A stretch of 64,000 nt of DNA from an uncultured archaeon (GTDB lineage: Archaea; Thermoplasmatota; Penumbrarchaeia; JASLWR01), in the NCBI GenBank assembly GCA_964342815.1, contig CAYFHS010000003.1, forward strand, positions 1 through 64,000, given 5' to 3'. This document shows, piece after piece, positions 51,201-56,725 of the stretch (position 1 is its first letter; the number at the start of each line of letters is the position of its first letter). Position numbers and translations under genes: made by a program. Under the pieces are notes generated by a model. The model was not told the DNA's origin. It saw only the letters and a list, made by a program, of their open reading frames with translations, and searched no databases.

Positions 51201-54200
51201 GCTTCCAGTAGAACTTTGGTGGCTTCTTCGTATCTTCCTTCCTCCTTCATCTTTCTGAGGCCGGATAAGATCCTGGAATCGTTCCTTGTGTCCACCCCAA
51301 GTTTTTCGGCTCCTTTTAGAAGCGTAATCACCTTTTTTCCCTGCAATTCCATCTTCTCCTTGAAGGTGGAATCTATAAGAATAGTGAGTGCTTCTTTCGT
51401 TTTACCGGCAATGGTGGAGGCTCTATCAAATTCACCGTTTTTGTAGGCTTCTTCTGCTTGTTCCATTATGAGCTTATGTTCATCCACCTCCAGCCATAGT
51501 CCCACGGCCTTTTCCATCAACCCCGTTGTTCCTTTCAACAATACGAAAACCTCTGCTTTCCTGAATTCGTCTTTGGCTCTTGCCAGTATTACACTTATCT
51601 CTTCCTGTCTTGCCTCTTCCGCAAAACCCTCCGCTTCCGAAATCAGGCTTTCCAGGACATCTGTTGGAAGATCATTGCTTTCCGCCTCACCCTTAATGGC
51701 TCTTATTTCGTCCACGAGCACTGCTGCTGCGCTTTTATCGAGAGCCATTCTGCTCTTCATAGCGCCATCCAGGGCCATTGTGGCGTATTTTTTCCCATTT
51801 TCGTAGTCCCGTTTCTCCAGATAATAGGTTGCCTTGTAATATATCGCTTCCACCCGTGCCGTGTCACCATCCAGTTCCTGGGTCTCTTGAATGAGCTTGT
51901 CCGAACTGCGCAACAATTCCCTAATCTCCTGCTCCCACTGCTCCAATCTCGTTCCCTCGATCTCTTTGAGAATACTTTGTGACAGTTCCAAGGATTTTTC
52001 GTATTCCTCGGCATCCAGATCTTGCTGTGCTCGGTCAAGTTGTGAAGCTATCAAGCTGTGGTCTTCCAGGATATCCCTGTACTCTTCGAACCTCTCCGTA
52101 GCATCATGGAGCAATGCCCTGCATTCATCACGCTGACGGAGGTCGAGCTTGCTCAACATTGACTCGTAAACTTCTTTCAGAAGCGGGATAGTCTCATCAA
52201 GCTCATAATTGTTCAGTAATTCGTCGATATCGTCCAGAATATCGTTCTCGGCCTCGATATCTATTGATAATTCTGACGCACTTTGTGTAAGGTCATTTAC
52301 TTTTTCCATTAACACAACGATCTCGCCGGCCTTTTTCTTCTCACCTACCATTTCCTCTTCGGCATCGGTCAGTTCACTCAAAGATCTCTGGGCTTCATCA
52401 AGCTCGTTTGATTCCAGGCTGGTTTCAACCGTTTCCATTATACTTTTTAATTCATTCACTCTTTCCGGTGCAATATGGGGATGGTCCTTTATAATTTGGA
52501 ACAGGTCTTTGGCTTCCTTTAGCCTGGTTCCAACCTCTTTTGCAGTATAGCGCTTGTCCTTTTTCAACAATAATTTTCTGCTCTTTATGGCAAGTTTGCA
52601 AGCTTTCAGGTAATCATCGCCCTTAATGGCATGAACAATCTCATTGAAGAGTTCCTTGTCCGTATCCAGTTCGGTTCCCCGCTCTATCAATCTCTTGAAC
52701 AACATATTGATCTCTTTTACTATCAGTCCAGTCCTCTTTTTAACCCGTTTAGTAATAATATCTCCGTATAGCGGTTCCAGTTCCGATAATGTTTCTTCCA
52801 GATCATCGAAAAGTTCTTCCGAAAGGAGCGTTTCCGCTTTCTCAATCAGGGGGACTGCATCATTGAGGTCGATTCCGAGAGAATTGAGGGATTCCACCCC
52901 ATTTTTTAGTTTTTGGACCTTCGCCGTATAATTTTCCCTTTTATAGTCGGCATCGTAACCGCCTTTTATCCGGTAAAAATCATTGAGTATACTGCCCATT
53001 TTGTCGTAATCCCCGTCATCCAGGGCCGAAGATACCATGTCCAGAAGTCCCCCTAGATCTTCAAACTGCCTTCCTGTCGCTTTCTCGAGAGCCAACAGCT
53101 CATCCTCTGCCTTTTCGAGCAGCTTTTCATTTGCCGAAACTTCGTGGTCTTCCAACTTCTTTTCAAGAGTTCTTTTTAATTCCTTCATAATTTCTATCGC
53201 TTCATCATACTCCTTCGCATCCCTCAGCTTCTCTATCTCATACATCCCTTTCATTTCATCGGAAATGTCCATCTTCATCTCACGGGCTTTCTCAGACAGG
53301 GCTGCTAGTTCATCGTATCTGAATTGATATATTTCCATTTGTTTTTCATTTAGCATCCTGGCAAGTCCAGTCCTGGCCTCCAAGGACAGTTCCTTTGCAC
53401 CAACGTAATCCCCATCTGCAAAAAGGCTTTTAGCCTTGTCCGCTTTTTCTGGAAAATCACCAGTATCAAGCCACAATTCCGTGGCCTTGGACTGTAGTAC
53501 TTTCACATCGTCGAGTAGCTTTGAGACTATCTTCTTCCGAGCTCCAGTTCTTAAATCGACCAATCCCCTTTCCACTTCCTGGGCCAAACGATAAGCTTCG
53601 AGATTATCGCTGGTGGCGAAAGCTTCCCTGGCTTTCTCCATGGTGACTTCAAGTTCCTCCACATCGATTCCCTTTTCCTTCATCCGTTCCAGGAGGTTTC
53701 CGCTGGTTTCCATTTGATCTGTGGCCAATTTTCCTGCCCGGTCCCCCTTTGCTTCACTGATAACTGCATCCAGTTCGGCGATACTGGCATCCACCCGCTC
53801 AAAATCTTTCGCGGATATGCTCTTTCTAGCTTCGGATATGACTTCTCCCACGTCGGTGAGATCAATGTTCATTTGGGTTATTGCGTCAATTTCCGATTCC
53901 CTTTGTTCCAGGTCCCGATCGTATTTGGCGATCCGTAACTCAAGCTTTTGCTGGTCCCAGGCTTCATTGAAACGGTCCAGATTTGATTCCACTTCATCAT
54001 AATCTTCTTTTTCCAGAGCATCAAAGGCCAAGTCACGGAACTCCTGCATGTCCGGGAAGGCCATCCGGGCCTCCTTTTGAAAAAGCGTGAGTTCTCTTGA
54101 TGCCCTGCGCAGCCTCTGAGTACAGTTCCTTCTCCTCCGTATCCTCATCCCTTCATTGAGAGATTTCTTATGCTTCTTTATTGTGTTGATGGCTGCGATA

Positions 54201-55114
54201 TATCCTTCAGTCCGGATCAGCTCGTCAATGCGTGAAGCGGCCTTTCGTTCCTTATCCACTCCAACCCCCATCTCCCGGGCCTTTTCAGTAAGGGTGATGA
54301 ATTCCTGAAGTTCCGAATTTAAAAGCTCCGCGTTCTTTCGATCCCGGGCCTCTTTGAGAATCGTTTCCAAGCTTCCCGCCTTTTCCAGAAACTCCTTGAA
54401 TTCTTCACTTTCATAGTGCACCCCAAGGGCGGTGAAGCGGGTCTCGATATCATCTGTTACGAGACCAAGAACCCTTGTCTCCTCCAGGGATTTCTCTATA
54501 CTGGAGAGCTTTAAAGCGGCCTTGTTCTTTAAAAATTCTTTCTGTTTGCTGCGGACAATTTTCAATGTGGAATGACTTAATTCCAGTGCTTCTTCATATT
54601 CCTGCTTCTCAAGCTGTTTGCGTGTTTTTTCGATAATGGAGACTGTGACCGAAACGTCCATCCCCATCTCGCGATTCTCATCCACCAGTTTCTCAGTCTC
54701 ATCCAGTAGGTCACCCACCTCTGAAGAGTATCGTTCGTGTCTGATTTCATGGATCCGATCCATCACTTCGAAGGACTCGTCCAGTGAAGATTCATATTTT
54801 TTCTCACCCAACAATGACTTTGCTTCAGCAATATGTTCTTCAATGATGGCAATGTCCTCAATGATCTTTCTGTTATCCTTCAAGTATTCCTTGGCTTCAT
54901 CGAGTTTGTTTTCAGCTTTCACCATAAGCCTGGCATCTAGGTTATCCAGGGCATCGGCCCATTTTCCAAATTTTGTATTGCCCGAAGCCAAGATCTCTTG
55001 TATCTTGGTCGCGATCTGATCTCGGGTCAGCCATTGGTCATCGATCTGAATGGTCTCTTTACGCCTCTTTGGTGGAGAGCGCGATCTATTTTTTTTCTCG
55101 TTTCCATCGGTCAT
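33290..55114 (-). CDS. Giant (~7274 aa) cytoplasmic alpha-helical repeat protein with ~66-aa units in 331-aa super-repeats and a C-terminal Zn ribbon
   Basis: Uninterrupted 21.8-kb ORF, Glu/Lys/Leu/Ala-rich, with a recurring helix-[G]x[D]-helix-[G/D]x[Y/F]xxA-helix pattern. No signal peptide or TM segment seen. Ends CPKC-x16-CPYC. ATG at 55114 (MTDG); the ORF track uses a TTG at 55123. Confidence 0.9.
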   Translation of the reverse strand: MTDGNEKKNRSRSPPKRRKETIQIDDQWLTRDQIATKIQEILASGNTKFGKWADALDNLDARLMVKAENKLDEAKEYLKDNRKIIEDIAIIEEHIAEAKSLLGEKKYESSLDESFEVMDRIHEIRHERYSSEVGDLLDETEKLVDENREMGMDVSVTVSIIEKTRKQLEKQEYEEALELSHSTLKIVRSKQKEFLKNKAALKLSSIEKSLEETRVLGLVTDDIETRFTALGVHYESEEFKEFLEKAGSLETILKEARDRKNAELLNSELQEFITLTEKAREMGVGVDKERKAASRIDELIRTEGYIAAINTIKKHKKSLNEGMRIRRRRNCTQRLRRASRELTLFQKEARMAFPDMQEFRDLAFDALEKEDYDEVESNLDRFNEAWDQQKLELRIAKYDRDLEQRESEIDAITQMNIDLTDVGEVISEARKSISAKDFERVDASIAELDAVISEAKGDRAGKLATDQMETSGNLLERMKEKGIDVEELEVTMEKAREAFATSDNLEAYRLAQEVERGLVDLRTGARKKIVSKLLDDVKVLQSKATELWLDTGDFPEKADKAKSLFADGDYVGAKELSLEARTGLARMLNEKQMEIYQFRYDELAALSEKAREMKMDISDEMKGMYEIEKLRDAKEYDEAIEIMKELKRTLEKKLEDHEVSANEKLLEKAEDELLALEKATGRQFEDLGGLLDMVSSALDDGDYDKMGSILNDFYRIKGGYDADYKRENYTAKVQKLKNGVESLNSLGIDLNDAVPLIEKAETLLSEELFDDLEETLSELEPLYGDIITKRVKKRTGLIVKEINMLFKRLIERGTELDTDKELFNEIVHAIKGDDYLKACKLAIKSRKLLLKKDKRYTAKEVGTRLKEAKDLFQIIKDHPHIAPERVNELKSIMETVETSLESNELDEAQRSLSELTDAEEEMVGEKKKAGEIVVLMEKVNDLTQSASELSIDIEAENDILDDIDELLNNYELDETIPLLKEVYESMLSKLDLRQRDECRALLHDATERFEEYRDILEDHSLIASQLDRAQQDLDAEEYEKSLELSQSILKEIEGTRLEQWEQEIRELLRSSDKLIQETQELDGDTARVEAIYYKATYYLEKRDYENGKKYATMALDGAMKSRMALDKSAAAVLVDEIRAIKGEAESNDLPTDVLESLISEAEGFAEEARQEEISVILARAKDEFRKAEVFVLLKGTTGLMEKAVGLWLEVDEHKLIMEQAEEAYKNGEFDRASTIAGKTKEALTILIDSTFKEKMELQGKKVITLLKGAEKLGVDTRNDSRILSGLRKMKEEGRYEEATKVLLEAISSIEKKNDQRALDNAREGLENLEKTAGLESDDLNTLMEKADKALAKGNRKGFTKILEDFHTSKERFVRSLSQKKYSSEINEFESQLDEFEGVGLDVSVPRKILEEVDEALTEKRLDDAKEGLARLSDIMKDIRRVKIRDLAWENFGQAEEIVEETLVLNIDVTDSRQLLRQARRAMRQGDFIKGTSISSEVRDLCEKLRLERQSEEHSLTIKKAREFIESLRQLDDFPDLYAKDMGRVLEDAEEALEARKTDEFLKLIDEFKELENNTKLDIEKTKDARSKMTELEKLLEEARGLDIDVEDDEKDMNEAGELLGEGKYQELFALLEDTRSYLLEKIEELNEKKAVTSFEKAGETFEIYRETLRDKDMVETRISEIQELIDGRKFDEAQSLSEDLMSSMELSREKSHREELEAALDRLWEYISENEKLDIDTSKAEGLFYKSKYFTEKGELENANNSMNAAKEKAEEGRKAYEKENATRTMDEVENLMEVEAGLAIDFSELEEEINEANEFFDQGKYLKSWKMAEKIMVDLTDKITNRYLELISQGKDALSSLINKGKGLGADMTEGIARLSAVDELRDEREYRKALEQIVDIRVLAEQQIAARLAEINSDKLDDAAAELDELKEETGNDYGDLRGMLDEARKALEGIEYDELDAILAEFADARTEHNAVYLVGKYTAKIDELDAVAEDLSKLGVDMKTAGISSEVRESIEDRDFNAVTEGLTELEHEITEARDVKAKMRAKEVIGVTNKLFTEMKKLAVDVKRENKIFKEVLVAVRNRDYVTGIRLTLEARAGLLNAKRDHYREKSSQIIGNVEASMDEGRELEIDVTRVEELHEEAMKCYEEEDYEEAFKLIEEARSSYAKDRCEYFREKASKSMELMKSMLTQAGELWIDVDEFQDILSEMKRDYDEESYEDMLEKSEGANSDLAASIEEKLLENIGKKAEVLAKIMDEALGLDVDVVPERQGLQNVEELKQQKKYNDIIDLLDHSMKSIEEKIAAKMKEINSEKVGKVREELEALEEETDMNYDDLWEFLESAENAFNEVDYSSQDSIIQEFRKAKADHYQQYLADRYDKKAKELLRESEELKELGLTLTPAIELLETVKENVDNFDFTETEATLEKIEEQIENAKTEQAKELAKNHFIKTKKLLTELKGKELKLEEENKAFQRAIAAIKSKDFVTACRLTRQAVEMAENAREQYYKERAEEELEWSKDMVIEGVDLDLEFIHECLERAEDEYDEADYEKSIQSVDAARSDFKERRTAYWKKRAEDALEKVRDKTKEGYELELDMQDVETLIADAESYFQEGDHERVMELTREAEEKYSAQRRDHFMEKGQRSLAQLDEVLVEGNELGLDTGKIQETRGLTASLFDEGHYERAIDMAEQGRKDYHLLRQAHFKENTDAVLKKLKTMIGEASEFEVDISAVKDDLRNIRSLYDQKEFQEAQELSENSMRELRREIDGEQITRLNDEITGLEEEMDSARGIETDIREEEDGLTSVENMRAEGSYRDCIIRVGQLRSATKQKYELKIAEVNAGKLEETMESLENFSEETGGEYPDLDELAASAGKALEEKDYTVFEELLERFRTTKEDENRKYLFTKYKGEIEELEGEVPPLAELGLDLSSVEELVGTTREHMESYEFEMVIDDIASIREGLLEVRNVGAKNLAKKHFLSTKSVLGELKELDLVVEEFDILFKKAIASIKGRDFVSACQLFLEAGESMAEARKEYYRGSTEETVNNIKKFMGEAAELELNVTAFTELDERVRESYEDGEFEEAHGLALECSLGLQAAINTELLVIIEGKADKFESIAAEALKIDANIEAEKVSLAEADRLREKERYREIISLLENAISSAIVKIEERTFEMNEERFEGAKEALEELEFETGVNYPDLHSQLDEAKEMLVEKNYTDLVPSLMEFDKAREMLYISHLMKVHNERIGGIEEELGAIRDVGIELADTDELSGTARVAINEERFEDAKAVMDELDGIIDEAKSVKAKQIAKSNFTETNKLLTKLKRLGIDLTSEEAVFREILGAIKTRDFLKSIQLTRSVREKLDGVKKDHSRNKAVAAIQSLEGMLGDAGKRITDVISIEKIHSKAMEHFEEEDFDNALLMVGQAKQEYDEKRKEFQQEMLTGSMDRLQNLISEAGELDMDVSVPERNLAQLKSSFDSEKFDEAEELAGDTISTLESTMEKRYLTVIEERTGELARVMEEGVGLGVDMKAERERLSATMDLRTEKRYPEILIVLKECYDSVANSVGDRRRELNTEKLREIMDSLESFKEETGGAYQDLDSLLDSAGAALNREDYEAMEGFIDEFLEAKEGHNNRHMAEGYAARLEEMEKEVGELENIGLSLENVHDLLRIAKENAETFVFKGIETKLSDIETVIDRASSVEAKKLAKKHFIRAKELIAELKETGVDLEEENRLFREAITDIKAGEFVKGAGLTQRSEKLLVEKRKNYYVEATESELEKVDYFIIEAREVDLSLDEILESSKEAREFLEEKLYPQAFTLSRATAAALREMLNVRLKEILDDERAQMESGLEAARKLDLVLDNVTDALAMAGECQQAGDLRKAIDLLRNERPALDEAMRGRTRELTEQAVITAKENLGAFMEITEKDYPDLEGFIENATMSLEDNDYEGAKEHLGMFDEALAGYEGDRRADNYRVDLRSREPEIAAITEIGIELTDIFDLVSQASQLISSHDFEVLEETLVLIDQGIEHARKVTAKDAARDRIATAKGLFDKLTELDLELDEEKKHFGEVLSKIKEGDFVKACKMADGATEMLRKKETEYQRSRAEEALAAAENSLEEIRKLDVETAAVEKSLGEARVFYEWKDYPKSEETARTTVERAEYLKEEYRKKSVFVMIEGVEEALKEGAELGIDTASMAVEIADAYGLVNEGNLEEAERMARETNDLFLSTKKTRIEEITTTSFETARKLMEKSVELGLDTVSIETMLEYANIHFEDGEYESAQELIDQARETLVEMIGGKELEGADSEIAAIESLMREAGKYSVDVGEHEGRFARMNQLRNDGAYNEIITLGREIRESITEKIDLSRSEINSRRLSDAMAKLDEHTSETSEEHPGMEAALNAAREAIEVGDHVAVDSKIDEFEELLKESKRKAALSAYYQRLDMLTGEVTALGDAGIDVTATEELLANVGSELNFQRFEAAETILGKLESIVHEGRTVTARKLAKKHAGEAMKLFSYLGDHGVDLQEEKALFREVRTHVVEERFTDACRILINIKSKLNAAETKYHTEQSSRAIKDLHASMSEAIELEIDVSDLQPSESEARAAYDEGLFDAALENSMLIIDELGVRIGKKRWETVVSELTLLEPVLEEVRAMSIDIDEESSRISEIEALKDGWKFQEALGIIGEVKRSLLEKTEDMNRTDNLEKIDVSARSLADLEEMTGKVYEELHGHLETASKALLESDHTAVNSILESFHADLESSKREYMSDSYSSRLIVLEEDMTRLASVGIELTEAAEFIAGIRNDISSENLGRTGEGLAVVEKLLDEARGEGAKEMARTLFAETKKLMTDMKESGVEAGDVEGTFRQAVISIKNSDFLTGCELLLESRKVVSAALDAYYEERAHSTLAELDKLIHEAEEMGGIDLDDVLSMMETGRNLLVEENYGESHDIVGRAVALVRERIRLRWEDILAEKTDEVNQIVQRSMEFGMEVRDELERLGPVSVLREEGRYGEAVELVGAVGISLSNKHKEGMGLKNAQKLSEAELAFKQFQEMTGDESEALGAHLIKAREAITAEDHAALEEHLDSFSHMREDQSNILLARKYQDELDGFQEIFESYREVGLDISPGIGMISEARSSISENRFGIMEDIISRLGDFKESAANVQAKEIAKVHLGEAKTLLVEVKGLGVEMESNGEIFSEVLGAVKARDFVSACHAAVQVKKRLSDSRKKHLESNADLLLEDTANRLAEAKELGLDVAAVEDIVGNAHAELSEGKLEEASNLAKEAKVNLDAVFDEHFREKYLATAELAERMLFDLKSLGVPTAVVEEKFANATSLFNDSMIREAYVLIEEVAGEISRSRGDSLRERAAKAIETAKIVHTRCGELGLELSSAEEILINAQTSFEEGSFEEAFNDAEEAAKLLSEAEEKYLKRDTSALISAVWNMMGESSEMGLDLGPIEEKIAMAQESLKEGELEVSYALAIASRSELTEKINTKLQVSYEAEYEEFSGILAQFQETGADTDNERNQLAGIEELKKAGNYTEAVSTLIKLKMSVLEEIENMQEEATTRKISEKISTLEELEKTLGQDLSDLKGMLLSSQEAVGNKNLDAADALLRQFDVVIEQYLGEMKVKDFQDRIEELSDSVIQLGELGLDASKGLELLSIIMEGVQENDIASIEENIPHLEDYVKHAKTVDARELAKRHIVEIKKLFGEMKADGIDTSREDEMLKDVVGAIKDQDFIAAIQLTKKAHESLIAQRDRHFTEDVSELLAETRTLLGEGGELGLDTAVMESKLAEGQHHFENGDFQLAAEHASQAKEMFQTAKQHHYRDFTTAALGVVQELMIDEMELEVDMVAVEDMVANAKRNLEKGNFERSAKYAGEAKSALLTAQNEYSRNNASAEIENVRAMVEEAEKLDLEVSFARQALGEMEEHFGQGRFREAREVAKETQGTVRQSLNARLKSDIRAEMVKLSPLMDTARELNLDIREDTSVLARVERLKDLGKYYEAMSTVKGIETSLANKIHLYRRRAGGDRLVRAMDKVTVLEKEILEMPGLDMDITELKDLLSSATAASDSSDFESAESFLEEFFTAEEKYSNVLIDAYPKEVERLAKELMAFNEIGIVLAVAEELVNSIKENIGEGQLEPARELRNQVLEIINDAGKAPAKDIAKQHITSLKISFKYLKEREVDLTEEETLFRKVLVALKEENYVKGIQLMLRVEERLGQKRQEFFKTGIGSVLADVDRIVRQASQKKLDIRDSRKLAFEARALLKRKKFEKSMELAEKARSLLTEVWQNSLEENARIALEEIRAAMEEKSGGPLELGGVAELVEKAVEENGKGEFISCIEHVEEARSMILALEQEDLMELATERLTRAMDFIAEAEEAGMDTEELEGDMIKAQAHFDEGKYNETVVTVNRMEEMVRTVKLSRAETRVGSQLKEFDSFIGVLDTKPYLSEEYKADIRGKVAEVHELFDSGEFLVAEDKLGDLREILEGLMAKIKLEDEFRSLVKEAGDLIARGKENGIEVSEEEKGYEEAVTRKEEGDLEGAITTLLEVHESLIGTVGELLMEKAQGLLSETEQVVKENREIIEDMSAFEELMGRAKDNLAAGNPEGCMVLLGEIQTLLDENRENRAIGEVEANITRAKEELESTKEMGFDIFEIEAYIFKAISAFQDGNYVIADDLAKRAIGSAREKREGVDEGKIRIMLRNTEMLMVDCGELGIDIGVMEDGISRAERYLESRRLADAMELTEKLNAQVKEQIEVKLIEVIPQHIREMSGLIEAAEEEGADMEDESMSLISIETLNQEGRYLGAMKLIEPLRAAIEEKIGIQKKEKATSKLELAFADFNEYKMTAIGDYDELESLLDEALNASTEGDAEEMERKIEAYYDMKGEYEKQWAIEKHTIGINDMETQLSSITKLDIDVSTGTELVTAAKEQLEDESMDELEATMKELEAFVSSLFEDKIKPEAKENIKEIDRIMDRLREKGVEVNEEEELFSEILNAMDDEDYVSAHDKSSRLRVSVRAIWGHRRKDVLRDLLDELEDFLDELESNDLFSDQYKEMIVNAVDEIRDHFHAEEFDLMEEKHELFKGTIDDLKAKMKIRDEVDELQQEAIKYGETAEGIAADVAAELEELQKVGGMVENEEFEDAKALLEGLMKKMKKKINVRRMSIAKMVLEDAVFTFNDRKDKIDPGIVKTAQGLLSDATKLYKKGQFEKAIKMATELKEGLEDAEEIAPEAPEEPAPEPAAEEAPKPKKVKLTCPKCSKSYVAKIAKTPAVAVCPYCKSKAVIKSL

Positions 55115-55503
55115 GGTCAACACTTCGGTCTGTTGGGTGACTTTGAGAGTTATGGGTGGGATTATTATGATGGGTCAGTCACTATTGAATTATTGGCGAG
55201 AAGCTGGAATCCTCATAGTAGTTATAATCTCCTAGAGATTAGCCTACTATCGGGTAATTCTGCTCTATTACCAATATAATATAATAATATGCGGTAGATT
55301 ATTCCAAGATAGATAACAATTTATAACAAAAATCTCTCGAATATATTTTAAATTAAAATATAATTGACTGGATTATACCGGCGGAAACACAGCATAAATT
55401 ATAAATATGCCAGATTTGTTAATTTGGATCAATTTTTTCCATGGCAAAAGCGACTTTCAGAACCTTAATATAAAGAATTCCACAAAGATCAATCGGTGAA
55501 ATC

Positions 55504-56598
55504 ATGGGCATCCCCGTGGCAAGGATATTCGACAAGTATAGGGCCGTAGTTGATGATAAAGAAGACGGCAACCGGCTTTACGGCAAACATTGTTTTGGTC
55601 AACCCCAGTCCGGCGGAGGCACTATCCTCACACTCATCGAGGCTGCGTACTTGGTGGAACGAAATAAACTTTCAGTTATCATTCACGGCCATCCGGTGGA
55701 TTTTTCTCAATTTATCGATTACATAGTGAGCAGGACCGATACTGATTTCCACCATTATGTAGCCTACCGTGACCTTAAAAATCGGGGATTTATAGTGAAA
55801 TTCACCTCCCCCTTCGATTTTTCCCTATACCCCGGCGGCAGTTCCATTCGGAGAAATCCTTCGAAGAAATACGTTGATGTCTTTTCTGAGCGGCACCGTT
55901 TCATACCGAAAAACATGTATGAAAAAGCAAAGAAAAGCCGTGAATTGAGAAAGATCTATCTCGTACAGGTAGTGGATGAGGAAGGAGATATTACATACTA
56001 TGAAATATCCATAACCGATCCCAGGGGCAATATTCCACACATCTCACCCGGAAATAAAGTAAAAGGAATACTGCTGGGAGGTAGTCTGGTGGTTTTCGAT
56101 AAGGAAAAGCTAAGATCCCTTTTCGAGAGGGAGTTCTTCGGCCAGGTCCGGGAATCATCCCACCAGTTATCACTTGTTGAGGCCGCATTTCTCCTGAAGA
56201 ATAACATTCTCGACATATCAATCAACGATCCCGAGGACTGCAGACGAGAGTTAGAAGGATCAATAAGCTTCGAAGAGTATATGGATTACGGGCAGAAATA
56301 TGAAAGCGATCTCCCGGAAAGATACAGGTTATATGAAGAGCTGAAAGGCCGTGATTTCATCGTGAAGACAGGTTTCAAATATGGGGCCAATTTCAGAGGA
56401 TACGGGGATGACCCGGAAGAGAATCATGCTGAATACCTTTTTCATTTTCTTCCGTCAAAAACAGGGAAGAACTGGCCGGATATCTCGAGAAGCGTAAGAG
56501 TGGCTCACGGTGTCCGAAAGAAAATGATATTCGTCTTCTCGGGGAATAATGAAACGATGAAGTACCTGATGGTTAAAAGGGTGAAACCGAGTTGCTGA
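55504..56598 (+). CDS. endA: tRNA-intron lyase (tRNA splicing endonuclease), two-domain alpha2 type
   Basis: Internal duplication (LTLIEAAYL / LSLVEAAFL; LKNRGFIVK / LKGRDFIVK). Catalytic-domain motifs VKTGFKYGANFRGY, HAEYL and RVAHGVRKKM. Confidence 0.92.
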   Translation: MGIPVARIFDKYRAVVDDKEDGNRLYGKHCFGQPQSGGGTILTLIEAAYLVERNKLSVIIHGHPVDFSQFIDYIVSRTDTDFHHYVAYRDLKNRGFIVKFTSPFDFSLYPGGSSIRRNPSKKYVDVFSERHRFIPKNMYEKAKKSRELRKIYLVQVVDEEGDITYYEISITDPRGNIPHISPGNKVKGILLGGSLVVFDKEKLRSLFEREFFGQVRESSHQLSLVEAAFLLKNNILDISINDPEDCRRELEGSISFEEYMDYGQKYESDLPERYRLYEELKGRDFIVKTGFKYGANFRGYGDDPEENHAEYLFHFLPSKTGKNWPDISRSVRVAHGVRKKMIFVFSGNNETMKYLMVKRVKPSC

Positions 56599-56725
56599 GG
56601 ATAACAGGGTCTCAGATTCTACTTAAATAATTACTTTGCCAGACCGATATATATAAATAATGATATGTGGTGTTAGTGCTTTTGATTTTGGAGATTATCA
56701 ATTACTGGACTTTCCGAGGGTGTTC

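Noticed and set aside
55089-55096. A8 tract near the 5-prime end of the giant gene as a phase-variation switch
   Set aside because: An 8-nt run within Lys-Lys-Asn codons is expected by chance in such a sequence. It would need indel-polymorphic reads to support it.
33290-55114. Phage tape-measure protein or SMC-like ATPase
   Set aside because: No phage genes nearby, no TM or Gly/Ala-rich tape-measure segments, and no Walker A/B motifs.
55124-55503. tRNA or other RNA gene next to endA
   Set aside because: The region is very AT-rich with no cloverleaf, no TTCRA T-loop and no extended stems.
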